Below, one piece after another: positions 47,789 to 59,300 of a DNA stretch of 64,000 nucleotides. Within the stretch, counting starts at the first letter, position 1. Each line of letters opens with the position of its first letter. The notes beneath the pieces are model-generated. The model ran no database searches. It was given only the letters and a program-made list of their open reading frames with translations, and had not been told where the DNA came from. The translations under genes were made by a program, and so were the position numbers. This DNA comes from Perna viridis (taxonomy: Eukaryota): contig CM074518.1 of NCBI GenBank assembly GCA_037379345.1, positions 16,306,001 through 16,370,000 of the forward strand. The letters are read 5' to 3'.

Positions 47789-50094
47789 CTATAATAAATT
47801 GTATATGGAAGAGTTGATGTGAAAATTTTTTTTTATGAAAACCTTTAAATGAGCGAGTATGTCTTCATTAAATATAGCCATATATTCGTGTAACAATATT
47901 TGTAGTGGTGTCGATATATTTGTTTCAGTATTTCTTAGAGTTTTGCAGTTTTTCTTTACAAGGCGAAGTAATGACTTCATTAAAAAGTCTTTTCAGTTTA
48001 AACAAAAATTATTAAGTCAGGATTTGTAATATCCTTATAAAATGTTTACAACGTCATATAATTATTGTATTCGTAGAGTTGGCATTGATCAGAGTTTCTT
48101 TATTTCTTTATACTTAACAAAAGTGTAAGCCTATAGAATGAAAATTTGTTTAGTTATTTACCGGATGTGCACGTTTACTTTGTCTTGCGGGAGATTATTA
48201 TAGACTAAACAAGATATCATATATAATAACTAGACATTTAGGTTATGATAAAACATTCAAGCGGTCAGATGAGAAAATTAAAATACTGCTACCGTTAATT
48301 GTTTGAGTTTGTTATCGGGTATAGATATTTTTTGCAATCCGATACTTTGTGGGTGAATCAGACGATTTTTTCATATGATTATGTTGATTATTGTGTCCGT
48401 TAGTCTGTTCGTTGGCCTGTATATTTTTTCGTAACAATTGCCTTCCGTATTATCATCTGTGAGTAACAACTAATTACATTCACTTTTCTGATATTCTAAC
48501 CAAATTGCTTTGTATGGGTATGGTATTTTGTGGAAGATAATTTCATACTCGAGCAACATTTACCTTCTATTCTATTATAAATTTGTTTATGCTTTGACAG
48601 AAATATTCTGGAGCGGGTTCTGACATTTATAAAAGGATTCCAAGCCATTATTTGCTCATTTTTGTCAAACGCTTGCAAAGAAATTTTCCAACAACAAAGG
48701 ATTCTGCAACTGCTGTTTATGACCTGAAAGCGTGGGTATCCTTTAGTGAGATTTGTTCTGTTTTTTGTTTCAAGTTTTAGTATCGCCCTTTATTCATTTT
48801 GTTAGCCTGAAATAGAACACGAATTCGAAAGTAAACGTGTAAAATGTATAAACTGTATTGATAACGCTCAGACACAGTAGTCGTTGCAAGTAGCGTTTTA
48901 ATTTTTCAAACGCATTTAGATACTTCACAAAAGTAAGAACATTACATATCTATTAATTCATTTTACGCTTCAATATTGATAGATAAATGCAAAAAGAGAG
49001 ATCCGATATTTCCTATTAAACTAAACATCACAATATAAGAGTAAAAAAGGAGTCGAAAACACATTTCTAACCATTTTGATGGTTCGAATGAACGTGGAGA
49101 CGAAAATATTAGTTACATTTCAACACAAAACAAATTTGCGTTCTAATATATATGTATATTGAAAACAAGTATATTTATTAATAGGGTTAACAAAACACAT
49201 TAATTTTTAGATGTGTTTAAAAAGAGGAGAGGTTAATTTCATAATGGGTAAAAAATATGCTAATATACTAAACAGGTAAAATGTTATAGTCTTAAACACA
49301 TTTCAACTACTCCCCTACTAACTGTATACTGTCATGTTACACCTTTCAACTACACCAATGTATAATTGTTTACAAGATTGAACGACATGAAGGTAAACTC
49401 GGGTTGAATGTTCTTCTTCCTCTATGTATCATCGTAAAATTCGTGAAAAGATTGCTAGCTGCAAAAGATTTCTACCATTTCGTAGAAAAAAAATGTTCAG
49501 TTTGTTCATATTTTAGTGTTCATCCGTATTGCACATATAAGCTAAGAAAGCATATTGTAATTTTTACGATTATAACCACAACTACAACCAAAAACGAGCG
49601 GAATCGCAGTGTTTTGATCACAGCATGCAACTAATTTCTTAATCACCTGATACAGCTCTAATATCAAATGAAAAAAATGCGATCTTTGCATTGCACAAGA
49701 AATAATATTTAATGCCCCGACATTACCAACAAAGTGTACAAAATCGCACGTTCAGTCTGTAAAACCAGTACAAAGATTCTGACCTTTACAAACTAATCAA
49801 ACCATGTCCTATCACTTTTAATGGTACTCTTGACTGCAACGATATCAAAATATGGAATTTGAAATTGCAAAATACGCAACATTCAGATAACTGACTCTTT
49901 CTTCACTAGTGCCCTTTAATCTTACGAACAAAACCTTTCACACAAGAAGTCATGATGTCTTAACACTACTCCTACAACGTAAGAGGTTGGATTTCCCCAA
50001 CCTCGCCATATTGCATACCGCTCGTTCCAACATTCTATGAAATCGGCAGAATTGTAGTAAAATATTTGCCATTTAAAACAATTTATCACAGTTT

Positions 50095-50185
50095 CTTTCA
50101 CATGTTTATCACATGTTTGGTCTTTGTTCCTGGATTACTTTCTTTTGATTTCCGCTATAACATTGGTTCCCTTGAGTACTCTTTT
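50095..50185 (+). mobile_element. Terminal part of the Penelope-like tail
   Basis: TGGTCTTTGTTCCTGGATTACTTTCTTTTGATTTCCGCTATAACATTGGTTCCCTTGAGTACTCTTT is near-identical to 45541-45608. Confidence 0.7.
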
Positions 50186-50878
50186 ACCCTAACACAAACT
50201 CCGGAGCATTGGTCTCTTCCATGCCTGCACTACTTTTGTCATTCCAGAATTTAGTGGAGGAACGTCAACGGTACGGAACTGGAGCTGCCTTGGAGTTTGA
50301 CCCTAACACGGAGGAAGGTGACTAAACTGAGGAAAAACAAATGACATACCTGAGCAATCTTGGAAATCCTTTGTAAAAGCAGTTTAAACGAACGTCACTT
50401 TTCACGTTTAAATGGGTATATCCGGTTGATAATTAGGTAATAAATAGGTAATTACGGATTTTAATTTGCAAAACGAAAATAATGAATTAACAAACGAATT
50501 GCCATTACAAATGTTTAGTTCTTTTTGTCAAAAATGTTTTGTATTCCGTAAAATTAGTGACCTAATTCATAATGGCTGATCGCTTTAATAACTGCATTCA
50601 TTACATATGTTTTCTAGGTACTTAACAAAAATTTTGGATTTTATCGCTTGATTTTGGTTGGATTAAACTTTTTTCATGTAAATAAAAGACTTAAAATATT
50701 TTAAAATATATGTTTGGCTTATTCATATTTGCACTGGCTTTCAACATGTCAGATGCTAGAATGGCACCAAGTCAGAAAATAGCTTGAGTGCGTTCGTCGT
50801 TCCAAAATTAACCCCCAACAAATTTCCGAAAGTTTATCAACATTTCAATCAACAAGATCATTCAATCCTCTTAAAATA

Positions 50879-51386
50879 AATATATACCTTCTAACGAACA
50901 GTCCTGTTTTAAGTAAAAGCTACCTTATGGAAGAGAAAAACTTAATACTGCAGAACCTTACGGGTGTAATGAATATATACCTTCTGACGAACAGTCCTGT
51001 TTTAAGTAAAAGCTACCTTATGGAAGAGAAAAACTGAATACTGCAATACCTTACGGGTGTAATGAATATATATCTTCCAACGAACAGTCCTGTTTTAAGT
51101 AAAAGCTACCTTATGAAAGAGAAAAACTGAATACTGCAGTACCTTACGGGTCTAATGAATATATACCTTCTAACGAACTGTCCTGTTTTAAGCAAAAACT
51201 ACCTTATGGAAGAGAAAAACTGAATACTGCAATACCTTACGGGTGTAATGAATATATACCTTCTAACGAACTGTCCTGTTTTAAGTAAAAACTACCTTAT
51301 GGAAGAGAAAAACTGAATACTGCAATACCTTACGGGTGTAATGAATATATACCTTCTAACGAACAGTCCTGTTTTAAGTGAAAGCT
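50879..51386. repeat. Tandem array, 93-bp unit, ~5.4 copies
   Basis: Units start at 50971, 51064, 51157, 51250 and 51343 (GAATATATACCTTCTAACGAACAGTCCTGTTTTAAGTAAAAGCTACCTTATGGAAGAGAAAAACTGAATACTGCAATACCTTACGGGTGTAAT), with few differences between copies. Confidence 0.95.
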
Positions 51387-51521
51387 ATATCAAAAGTATT
51401 AGAAATCATTTGAGTCAATACAACAAAAACGTGAAAGTGAAGAATTTATTCGACTACAATTCAAGACGGATAAGGAGTCAATCGCCACTATACATCACCT
51501 ATCTTGCACAATATTCAAGTG

Positions 51522-51684
51522 CATGTAATTTATTGTTGATATCAATGTGGTATTTAAAAATTTGTGATGTATTGTTCATATCGATGTACTTTTTTTGTAC
51601 ATGTAATGTGTCGGTGGTATCTATGTGATAATTTCGTACATGTAATGTATCGTTGATATCTATGTGAAAGTTTAGTGCATGTAC
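51522..51684. repeat. Degenerate 39-bp minisatellite (~4 copies)
   Basis: CATGTAATGTATCGTTGATATCTATGTG-type units recur every 39 bp. Confidence 0.7.
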
Positions 51685-51724
51685 ATCCACTAAAATTTTT
51701 CATTCAAGGTTACAATTTACAAAG

Positions 51725-52662
51725 TATGGGTAAGGTGAATATGTTTAAAAGATAACCATCCTACCGGGATGAAAAATGACAGCTCAAGGGTTCTCAATGA
51801 ACGGCGAGGAAACACTAACACCACTGAGCAGGCTGCAGCTGGTCCCAAAACAACATTATACACATGTACAGCGAAAAAACTGTCTTAATATACTCCAGCA
51901 ACATAAAATAAACTTAAAAGGAAAACGAAACAAGACATACAGAGGCCCGAAATTCCTGACTAGGGAGGGGTGCAAAAATGCGGTGGAGTTAAAGTACTTT
52001 GGTGTGATCATAAGTCATCATTCCCTTTTAAAAACTAGCCACTGTGGAAAAAAATATGTTTCAATTATTCATACCTTAAAATTAGTTCACAAAGGCCTTG
52101 GTCCCTTGTTAAAAGATATACGTTACACAAATGTAAAAACTAAGGACTACCAGCCGTTGAATGACACGGAAGCTCCATGCAGACCGGTTTAAACATACAC
52201 AAAGTTATGTCCTCATCGTATGTTATATCAATGCTTATTCTTCCAATGCGCGGTTGCGAATCACGGTATATCATGAGTCATACGATAAGGACACAGCTCA
52301 TGCCATGATAAAAACTGCTTTTAAACATACATTTAACAACAATATCAAAACTATATCACTTTTAAATTAGTCTATTCAATGGTTAAGTCATTTTATTGGG
52401 TTATTAGTGCGTTATCCGTGCTTTAGGAAGAATACTTCCATAACATATTTAGAATATCCGCATTTATTTCGTTTACAAATACATCTGTATTTGAGAATGA
52501 GTTCCTTGTTGAAAAAAAAAATGTAAATATTACGAGATTGTAAAATCAAAAAAAAACCTTGATGCAGTAATTTATTAGTTATGTAGATATTTCTTTCGTT
52601 AAAGTCCGAAACACTGTTACAAACATAAACAAATCGAATCAATGGTGATATGTAAACACCAA
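51725..52662 (-). mobile_element. Second-family Penelope-like (Naiad-type) 3' fragment
   Basis: Minus strand 52662->52440 reads GVYISPLIRFVYVCNSVSDFNERNIYITNKLLHQGF (RT C-terminus). The downstream 52100->51725 region is homologous to the plus-strand repeat at 57290-57835. Confidence 0.7.
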
Positions 52663-52893
52663 GTCTGACATTTTAAATTTTCAACCTGCAAAAGTTTTAT
52701 TGTTTTAATACTATTACTACATAATTTGAGTAATAAATTAGACCCTAAATTAGTTGATGTTTTATATTGTCATGGATGACATATAAAGCACATAGTATAT
52801 TCCTTTATGTTTTGACAGAACGTAAAATGTACCTTAATATGTGTCACGTCTTTTGGCTTGTCTGACTTGAATAATACTGTAAGAAACAGTAGG

Positions 52894-53416
52894 TTTGTTT
52901 GTTTGTTTGTTGGGGTTTAACATCCGAGCAGCAATATTTCAGCTATATTCAGACGATGAATATGAAATGGATGATCGAATGAACATTAAATGATGATGGA
53001 ATAAAAAAAAGGGATGGGACACAAGGATAATGGGGTTGACAAATTTTGATTGCCACTGGAAATAGGGAGAGATGGGTAGGGTCGGGCAATTTAGTCTCCT
53101 GTGGCGGAGCCCTATGGTTCCTACTCCGGGAGAATACCACAGTAGGGTTCTTTAACGTGCGAGGAACGTGGCATCTTTCCGAACACGGTGCACCACTATG
53201 GTTTGCGGTCAGGTTTTCCGTATTATAGCCTTACAACCCCAGCATGTAACACACCAGGGTTACCCCATTCCACCACCTGGGGCACACAACCCAGTTGCTC
53301 TGTGGGCAGAGCGCACTAGCCCCCGGCTAAGCTTCTGAGCACTATTTAGTCGCCTTTTACGACAAGCTTAGCGCTGCTGCAGGCCTATTCTTTTGACACC
53401 CGGACCTGCACGGGAC
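52894..53416 (-). mobile_element. Full-length SINE-like retroposon (RUDI/MetaSINE-like) with 12-bp TSD
   Basis: TSD AGAAACAGTAGG at 52882-52893 and 53417-53428. Minus-strand 5' end CCCGTGCAGGTCCGGG...GTCGTAAAAGGCGACTAA, internal GCACGTTAAAGAACCC (53160->53145; recalled as a conserved SINE core motif), and 3' tail ATAGCTGAAATATTGC...GTTAAACCCC(AAAC)n. Confidence 0.88.
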
Positions 53417-55984
53417 AGAAACAGTAGGAAACTGTTTGTTATTCTTGGGAAATAAAATTTTTTGGAATACTTTTTCAGTGGAGGGATGGGGTAGGAATTT
53501 ATCATATTTGATATGCTTGTGGCACAAGGCAAGAAGTATTTTACACGTCACTACACATGCTATTTCATAGTAATTTTAATTTTTGCATAATTGTCAAATC
53601 AGTGTTCACTATGGCAAGGTTGCACTTACCCACTTCCATAGATTTTTGTCATTTTATAGGCTTATGCCACTCTTTATAAGGAATAACTTGTAGCTGCACA
53701 AGATTGTTGGAGTAGTCATTCATGTTATCTCACTTCTTGTTATGATTCAAGGCTATTATTCAACATTTTTGTACTTTTTTTTTTGTTCAGTGTCAACAAG
53801 TCGCCATTTTCGGGGATAGGAGTGAAACGTCAAAGAATCTCTTTTATTTCATCATTTAAAATAATTTTATCACATTAGGTTCATTGTAAAGGTCCCAGTT
53901 TTCATTTGTATGTAAGGTGCACCTTGCCAGACTTGAACATGTTTTTTGTTATAAAGAATAGTAGATGGTACTATTTTGTCAAAGGAAACTTACGCATTGT
54001 TGTTTCGTCTGCTATATTGATGCACATTTATGAAAGTGGTGTCCGATCGTTTATTTTATGACAACTTGTCCATTTCTTACCTTCACTCGAATTGTTTTAT
54101 TAATATTTTAGTAGGGATACTAAAAGGACAAGTTGACATAACTTATCTTTGCTGTTTTAAGCATTTCCCATTGTCTAAACACCCCGCCCCTTACAAAAAG
54201 GACAATCTGCCGTTGATCACTTTAGGTCACCTGGTACAAAATCCCAACATATATAAACGCAAAAGTATTTCAACATGGCAGATAGCTGAAAGTATCTTCG
54301 GCGGCAATTTACAAATTCAGACTTTTTGTCAGAAATCTTTCCAGACTTTATGTGAGGAAATTATACCAAATATGGATTTCCCTTAACTTAAGGAAGAAAA
54401 TAATGTCGTATGTCCGCCGCTAATTACTCTCTATTTATGCGAGAAGTTTAACTGAATAATAAAACCGCTTTCATGAAAGCACAGTGCTATCTCCTACCAC
54501 GTCGAACACTACCCGTACAGTTGATATAGTCGTTATATATAAACATAATCATTATTATAATAAACGTTTTGAAGTTAACAACAAAGACCCTTATCTTATG
54601 AGCGGCATCTGGATTACCAGAAACATTAGGAATCCATGGTCACAATAAAACAAAGGAACGCATACCAGATCCGATCTCACGGGACAAAGAATAATACCAG
54701 AAAACCCTATGCATATATATAAACAGAAGTAATACCTATAAAAAGTAAACCCATAAAAATGGAAACTACAAATACAACTATTAAAATCGAACAGTTATAT
54801 GAATATTGCGCTACATGTTCTACATGTACATTACGGTAACCACCGGCAGGTATTACGGACAGGATACCGGCGGGTGGCTTACAATACCATTGCTGATGAC
54901 CGAAATTCGAAGTAATGCAAACTTAAACACCCCTCTTAAAAACTTCTAAAACTGTAAGATTTAATTTTTCTTGAAATACATTTGATACAAATTCTAAATG
55001 CTTTATTTGGCTTCCTATTTACATTTGTTTTGGTATGACATTTCTTGTAGGCTGTTTTGGGGTGCCACATTACAATGTATTTGTGATGCTGCTTACGAGA
55101 GATAACTCTTGTTACATGTGTATAACATTTCAAAATTTAAAACATTTATATATAATTGATAATTTCGTATTTTGAAGTCAATAAGCAATTGGCAAATCAG
55201 TCCTTTGATGAACTAGACACATACAATATCGCACAAATACAAAATAAACCTATACAGTATCCGCACACACCTAAATAAACATAAAAGATAAAACAGGAAT
55301 AAAGCTAAAATTTAAAGACATTCACGTAACACGGTTGAAAAATAAGAGGAACTGATAGAAAATGCACAGGAATATTAAAGTAAATAAGCAATCAAAAGCC
55401 TTTACCTAGGAATATTGTTGAGTTGCACAAGTAGATCTAGCATGCTCTGATTTTGCCCAAGAACTACAAGACATATCCGATCTTTAGAGGCAAAAAGTAC
55501 AACAAATTGAACAGAATGGGATCACAACACAAGACCTGTCGATGCAATGACGCTTGTAAAATCTTGAAACAATGGATACTTCGGTTTTGATACAAAACTT
55601 TCCTATCTAATTTTCAAATAGAAACTATGAGCCAAACAAGTACGAATTTTCAGTATTAAAAATGGGAAATGATTTTGTATAGTCGTTTGTAGATTGTTAC
55701 GGGTATCATCTTTTTAGGTGGTAAAGACGTGTTTTGATTTTGCTAATGAAAATAATCTACCGATTCCGTAGTCGGTTAGATATTTCTCTTGGATTTTATC
55801 GTCAGACGGTTACTCTAAATCCCAAGTAAGGCCTCGATGAAGATCTAGATGACACCTCAAGAAAAAAACAAACGGGATTAAGAAAAGAGAAATGGTGCAT
55901 TGACCATATCTTTACTCTGAAGAATATTATTGAACAATAAGCATAATAAGTATTACGTAAAACGCCACTTCTAGGCGATGTCAT

Positions 55985-56200
55985 TGATTCAAGATTTGAA
56001 CCAAGATTCAAACGGAAATCAAAGAAATATAATCCAAGGATAAAGATAAGAAAGGGAAAATAGATACACACATTAAAAAAATTAAAACAACAAAATAACA
56101 CCTACAAAGAAACAAAAGTAAATAAGCAACCCGGGCGCCACAAAAAAACTTGGAGCATAGACCAGGTGCACCAGTAGGGAAAGTGTCATATGCTTTTCTT
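55985..56200 (-). mobile_element. Degenerate Penelope-like 3' tail just upstream of the NIDO gene
   Basis: The reverse complement contains CCCTACTGGTGCACCTGGTCTATGCTCCAAG...GGGTTGCTTATTTACTTTTG and CTTGGATTATATTTC...AATCTTGGTTC. Confidence 0.7.
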
Positions 56201-56300
56201 GCATAAGTTTATTTGTATTTAGTTCCCTTTAACATGCTCCAAGTTGGACTATAAGTTTATTCGATAATTGAACCGTAAAGGGTGCATACTTCATATAAAA

Positions 56301-59300
56301 ATGCGCCTGCTATTGGAAGAAATCCCAGTCTTCCTCACGATGTTCACTAAATTATATGTGGTTACTTTATTCTTATTTTCTGATGTTTTAGGAATATCTA
56401 TTGATGAACTTTATCCTTTTGGACCAGAACATGGGGATACACGAGTTCCGCCACTCGACGATGAATCAACATTGCCTGTTCCTATTCAAAATGGTTTCCC
56501 GTTTTTCAACAAGCAGCACGATTTTCTTATTGTAAGTAAAACTATTTTTATCGAGTTTTGTCCTTTCTGATACATGTTAAAGGTGGCTTAAACCGAAAAA
56601 GAAATCATCGTAAATTTCATACAATTATGTCATTAAATGTGTTTAAATGTTGGCAATTTGTGTTTTTTCTTTGTAGCACTGTCATTTGCCAGTATCATAA
56701 TGTTCTTTAGCACATAACTACATCTATGGTATTGTATTCGTAATAACTTGCATTGTGCATATTCAACACACCAAATATATATCTTGTGAGTGCCAAAAGA
56801 AATTACCTTACGTCTAGTGTATGCCATAGGTATAGACTTTTGATCTCATGTTTCATGTATCCCAAATGTTTCGGCTATGTATCACTTGATTGTCAAGAAT
56901 ATTTTTACTTATCTTGTATTTATCAATAGTATTGTCTATTTTTCTGGTGTAGTTGGAAAGTATCATTACTTTTTTCCGTGTATATCATAAGAAAAGACTT
57001 CATGCCATGTGTGTGTCAGGAGTATCTGTTCAAGTTTTATATTTAATATATACAATCATTTCGCTTATTTGCCAATTAATCTTGGACAACACACTACTGG
57101 TACAAATGTATTATGATTATATTCTGTAAAGGAGTTTTTATACACGCAACCACAATGATATTACCCTTTGGTTCTCATATTATAAATTTGTAATTCAGTT
57201 TATGTGACCATGTCGATATCTCATCAAATTAGAAATGACTAGGTTGAGTAATCGTTTTTCATCAACTAGTAAAGAGGTATGAGAAGAATTGGTGTTGATT
57301 TTACATATGATAGGGTCATATTTTTGTAGGTTTAAATTGGTCTGGAACTGGCGTGTCAGTTAACTTCTTGTGTAATTTATATTCAGTTTTTTTACGTTGT
57401 AACATAGGATTCCGACATATTTGAACTGATTTTAAAAGGGGGTTGCGATCACGCCAAAGTATTTTAACCCCACCGATTTTTTTTTGCGACTGTCCCAAGT
57501 CAGGAATGTCTAGGCTCTGTATGTATTGTTTCGTATTCATCTTTTGTTTATTTTCATGTAACTGAAGTATATAGTGACACTTCTATCGCTATCGAATTTA
57601 ATATGTAAATCCTAAAAATTAGGTATTTCACTTTTAAATTCGGTAAAACGTGAGGAAATTAGGCATTTTTAATGACCAGTGACTGTACCTGTGTAGATTG
57701 ATGATTTGAGGCCAGCTGCAGCATGCGCTGTGTTGTGAGGGTTTCATCTTCGTTCACTGAAGATCAATGGACTGGCATTTTTCATCCAGGTGGGATTGTT
57801 GTCTCTTTGACATATTTACCATACATATTCTCATTATATTGGTAGTGCAATCATTTATCTTTTATGCATTTCATGCTTTCTCAAAAACTTAATAAATCAA
57901 CGCACATAAAAGTGTCTATTTGCCTTTACATTTCTATTTTATGTTAATTATTCTTTAATATTATCTGAATTATACGCAATATAGGTACAAGTTGAATATC
58001 GAGACAACTGTATATCTGACGTTTGCAACTGTCGAGACATAAAACCATAAACATCTTTCTGTATTTTATTGCGTTTCATTTGTGATTTATTTGTATTTAG
58101 TTTCCTTTAAATAAAACTAAAAGTCATTCCTATATTTTACTGTATGATTTCACTTTATTTGAACTTTACTTCTTAGTATAACACTTAGAAATTCAAACTA
58201 TAACATAGGTTAACGTTAATGCAATTCTTACAGAGGTTTCTTACTTGCGGTAAAAATAGACAGTTACTGTATCAGAGAAATTAAATGTTTATGACATTAA
58301 GAGGATTTATTTAAATAAGATTAGTTGTATCAAACTGTACACAATTCTGTATGTTACTGAGCATGACAAAATACAGTTTGATGGAAGAATTTTAAATGGC
58401 CCTATTTCTGACTAAAGCTATCACATAATTTTGCAATCCATCAATACAGTAATAGTGATTTTTCACAATTTCTTCGGCTCCACCTGAACTAACTCGAGCT
58501 TGGTGAGCTCCATAATTGAAGTTAGCACCTTACAAGATTATGCTCACCGGCAAGGTGACAGGTGCAACTGACAGAACAGGGAATACGTACCCAGCAACAC
58601 GTGATGTGACTCCCTGCCTTATTGTGATCATATTGAAACTTCTTCTTATTGTGTGATGTATACATCACCCATGTATGATGTTCCCTCATACCCATGTACT
58701 TTCTTTGTATTTCAGTCTGATAGCTACATTGTGTAAGTAGAGCGTTTCTGCTTCATGGCATCACTTTTGGCCATGTACTTGGATTTTTAAAACATTGTTC
58801 TGTCCTTTTGTTGTAATTTGTCTGTTTTGGCTGAATTCTTAGTTATTAATATATAAAATCGGTCCGTCTGTGACCCAGAAATGTGATATTAGTTGAACTG
58901 AAAATGGTTTTAACGTTGAGTGGAGTAGTAAACAAATAGCGGGTTTCATATTCAACCTTCCATTAAGGCCACGTCGCGTCTTGTATAAAATTGTCCCTAC
59001 CTAGACCTCTGTTGACAGCTGTATGTTTAGATGTGTATCTGAGTCTTAATGTATTACAATGAACTCAGATAATTCCCTTAGTTCATTGGGTTTTTTTATT
59101 ATATTCTGTAATGGCGTTCTTATACAGGCAACCAAGTGATATTACTCCTTGGTCTTCATATCATGGATTTGTACATATGTTTCTGCTAAGCTTTAAACCG
59201 TCAACCTTGTACACATTCGTTTTGATTGAATACTCCCTTTCTTTTTCATCAACTAGTTTAGAGGTATTGGCTGTGCAATATTTCCACTTTTCCTAAATGA

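Noticed and set aside
50940-51320. Selenoprotein reading of the in-frame TGA codons
   Set aside because: No SECIS recognised, no redox motif, and the first unit has TTA at that codon.
50879-51386. CRISPR-like array
   Set aside because: Contiguous near-identical 93-bp units with no unique spacers, no cas genes, and a eukaryotic context.
54885-54920. Hammerhead at CTGATGACCGAAA
   Set aside because: No stem II and no valid UH cleavage triplet adjacent to stem I.
55760-55812. Minus-strand hammerhead-like CCGT-CTGACGA...GAAA...ACGG
   Set aside because: Stem I is possible, but stems II/III and the conserved U are missing; at best a decayed relic.
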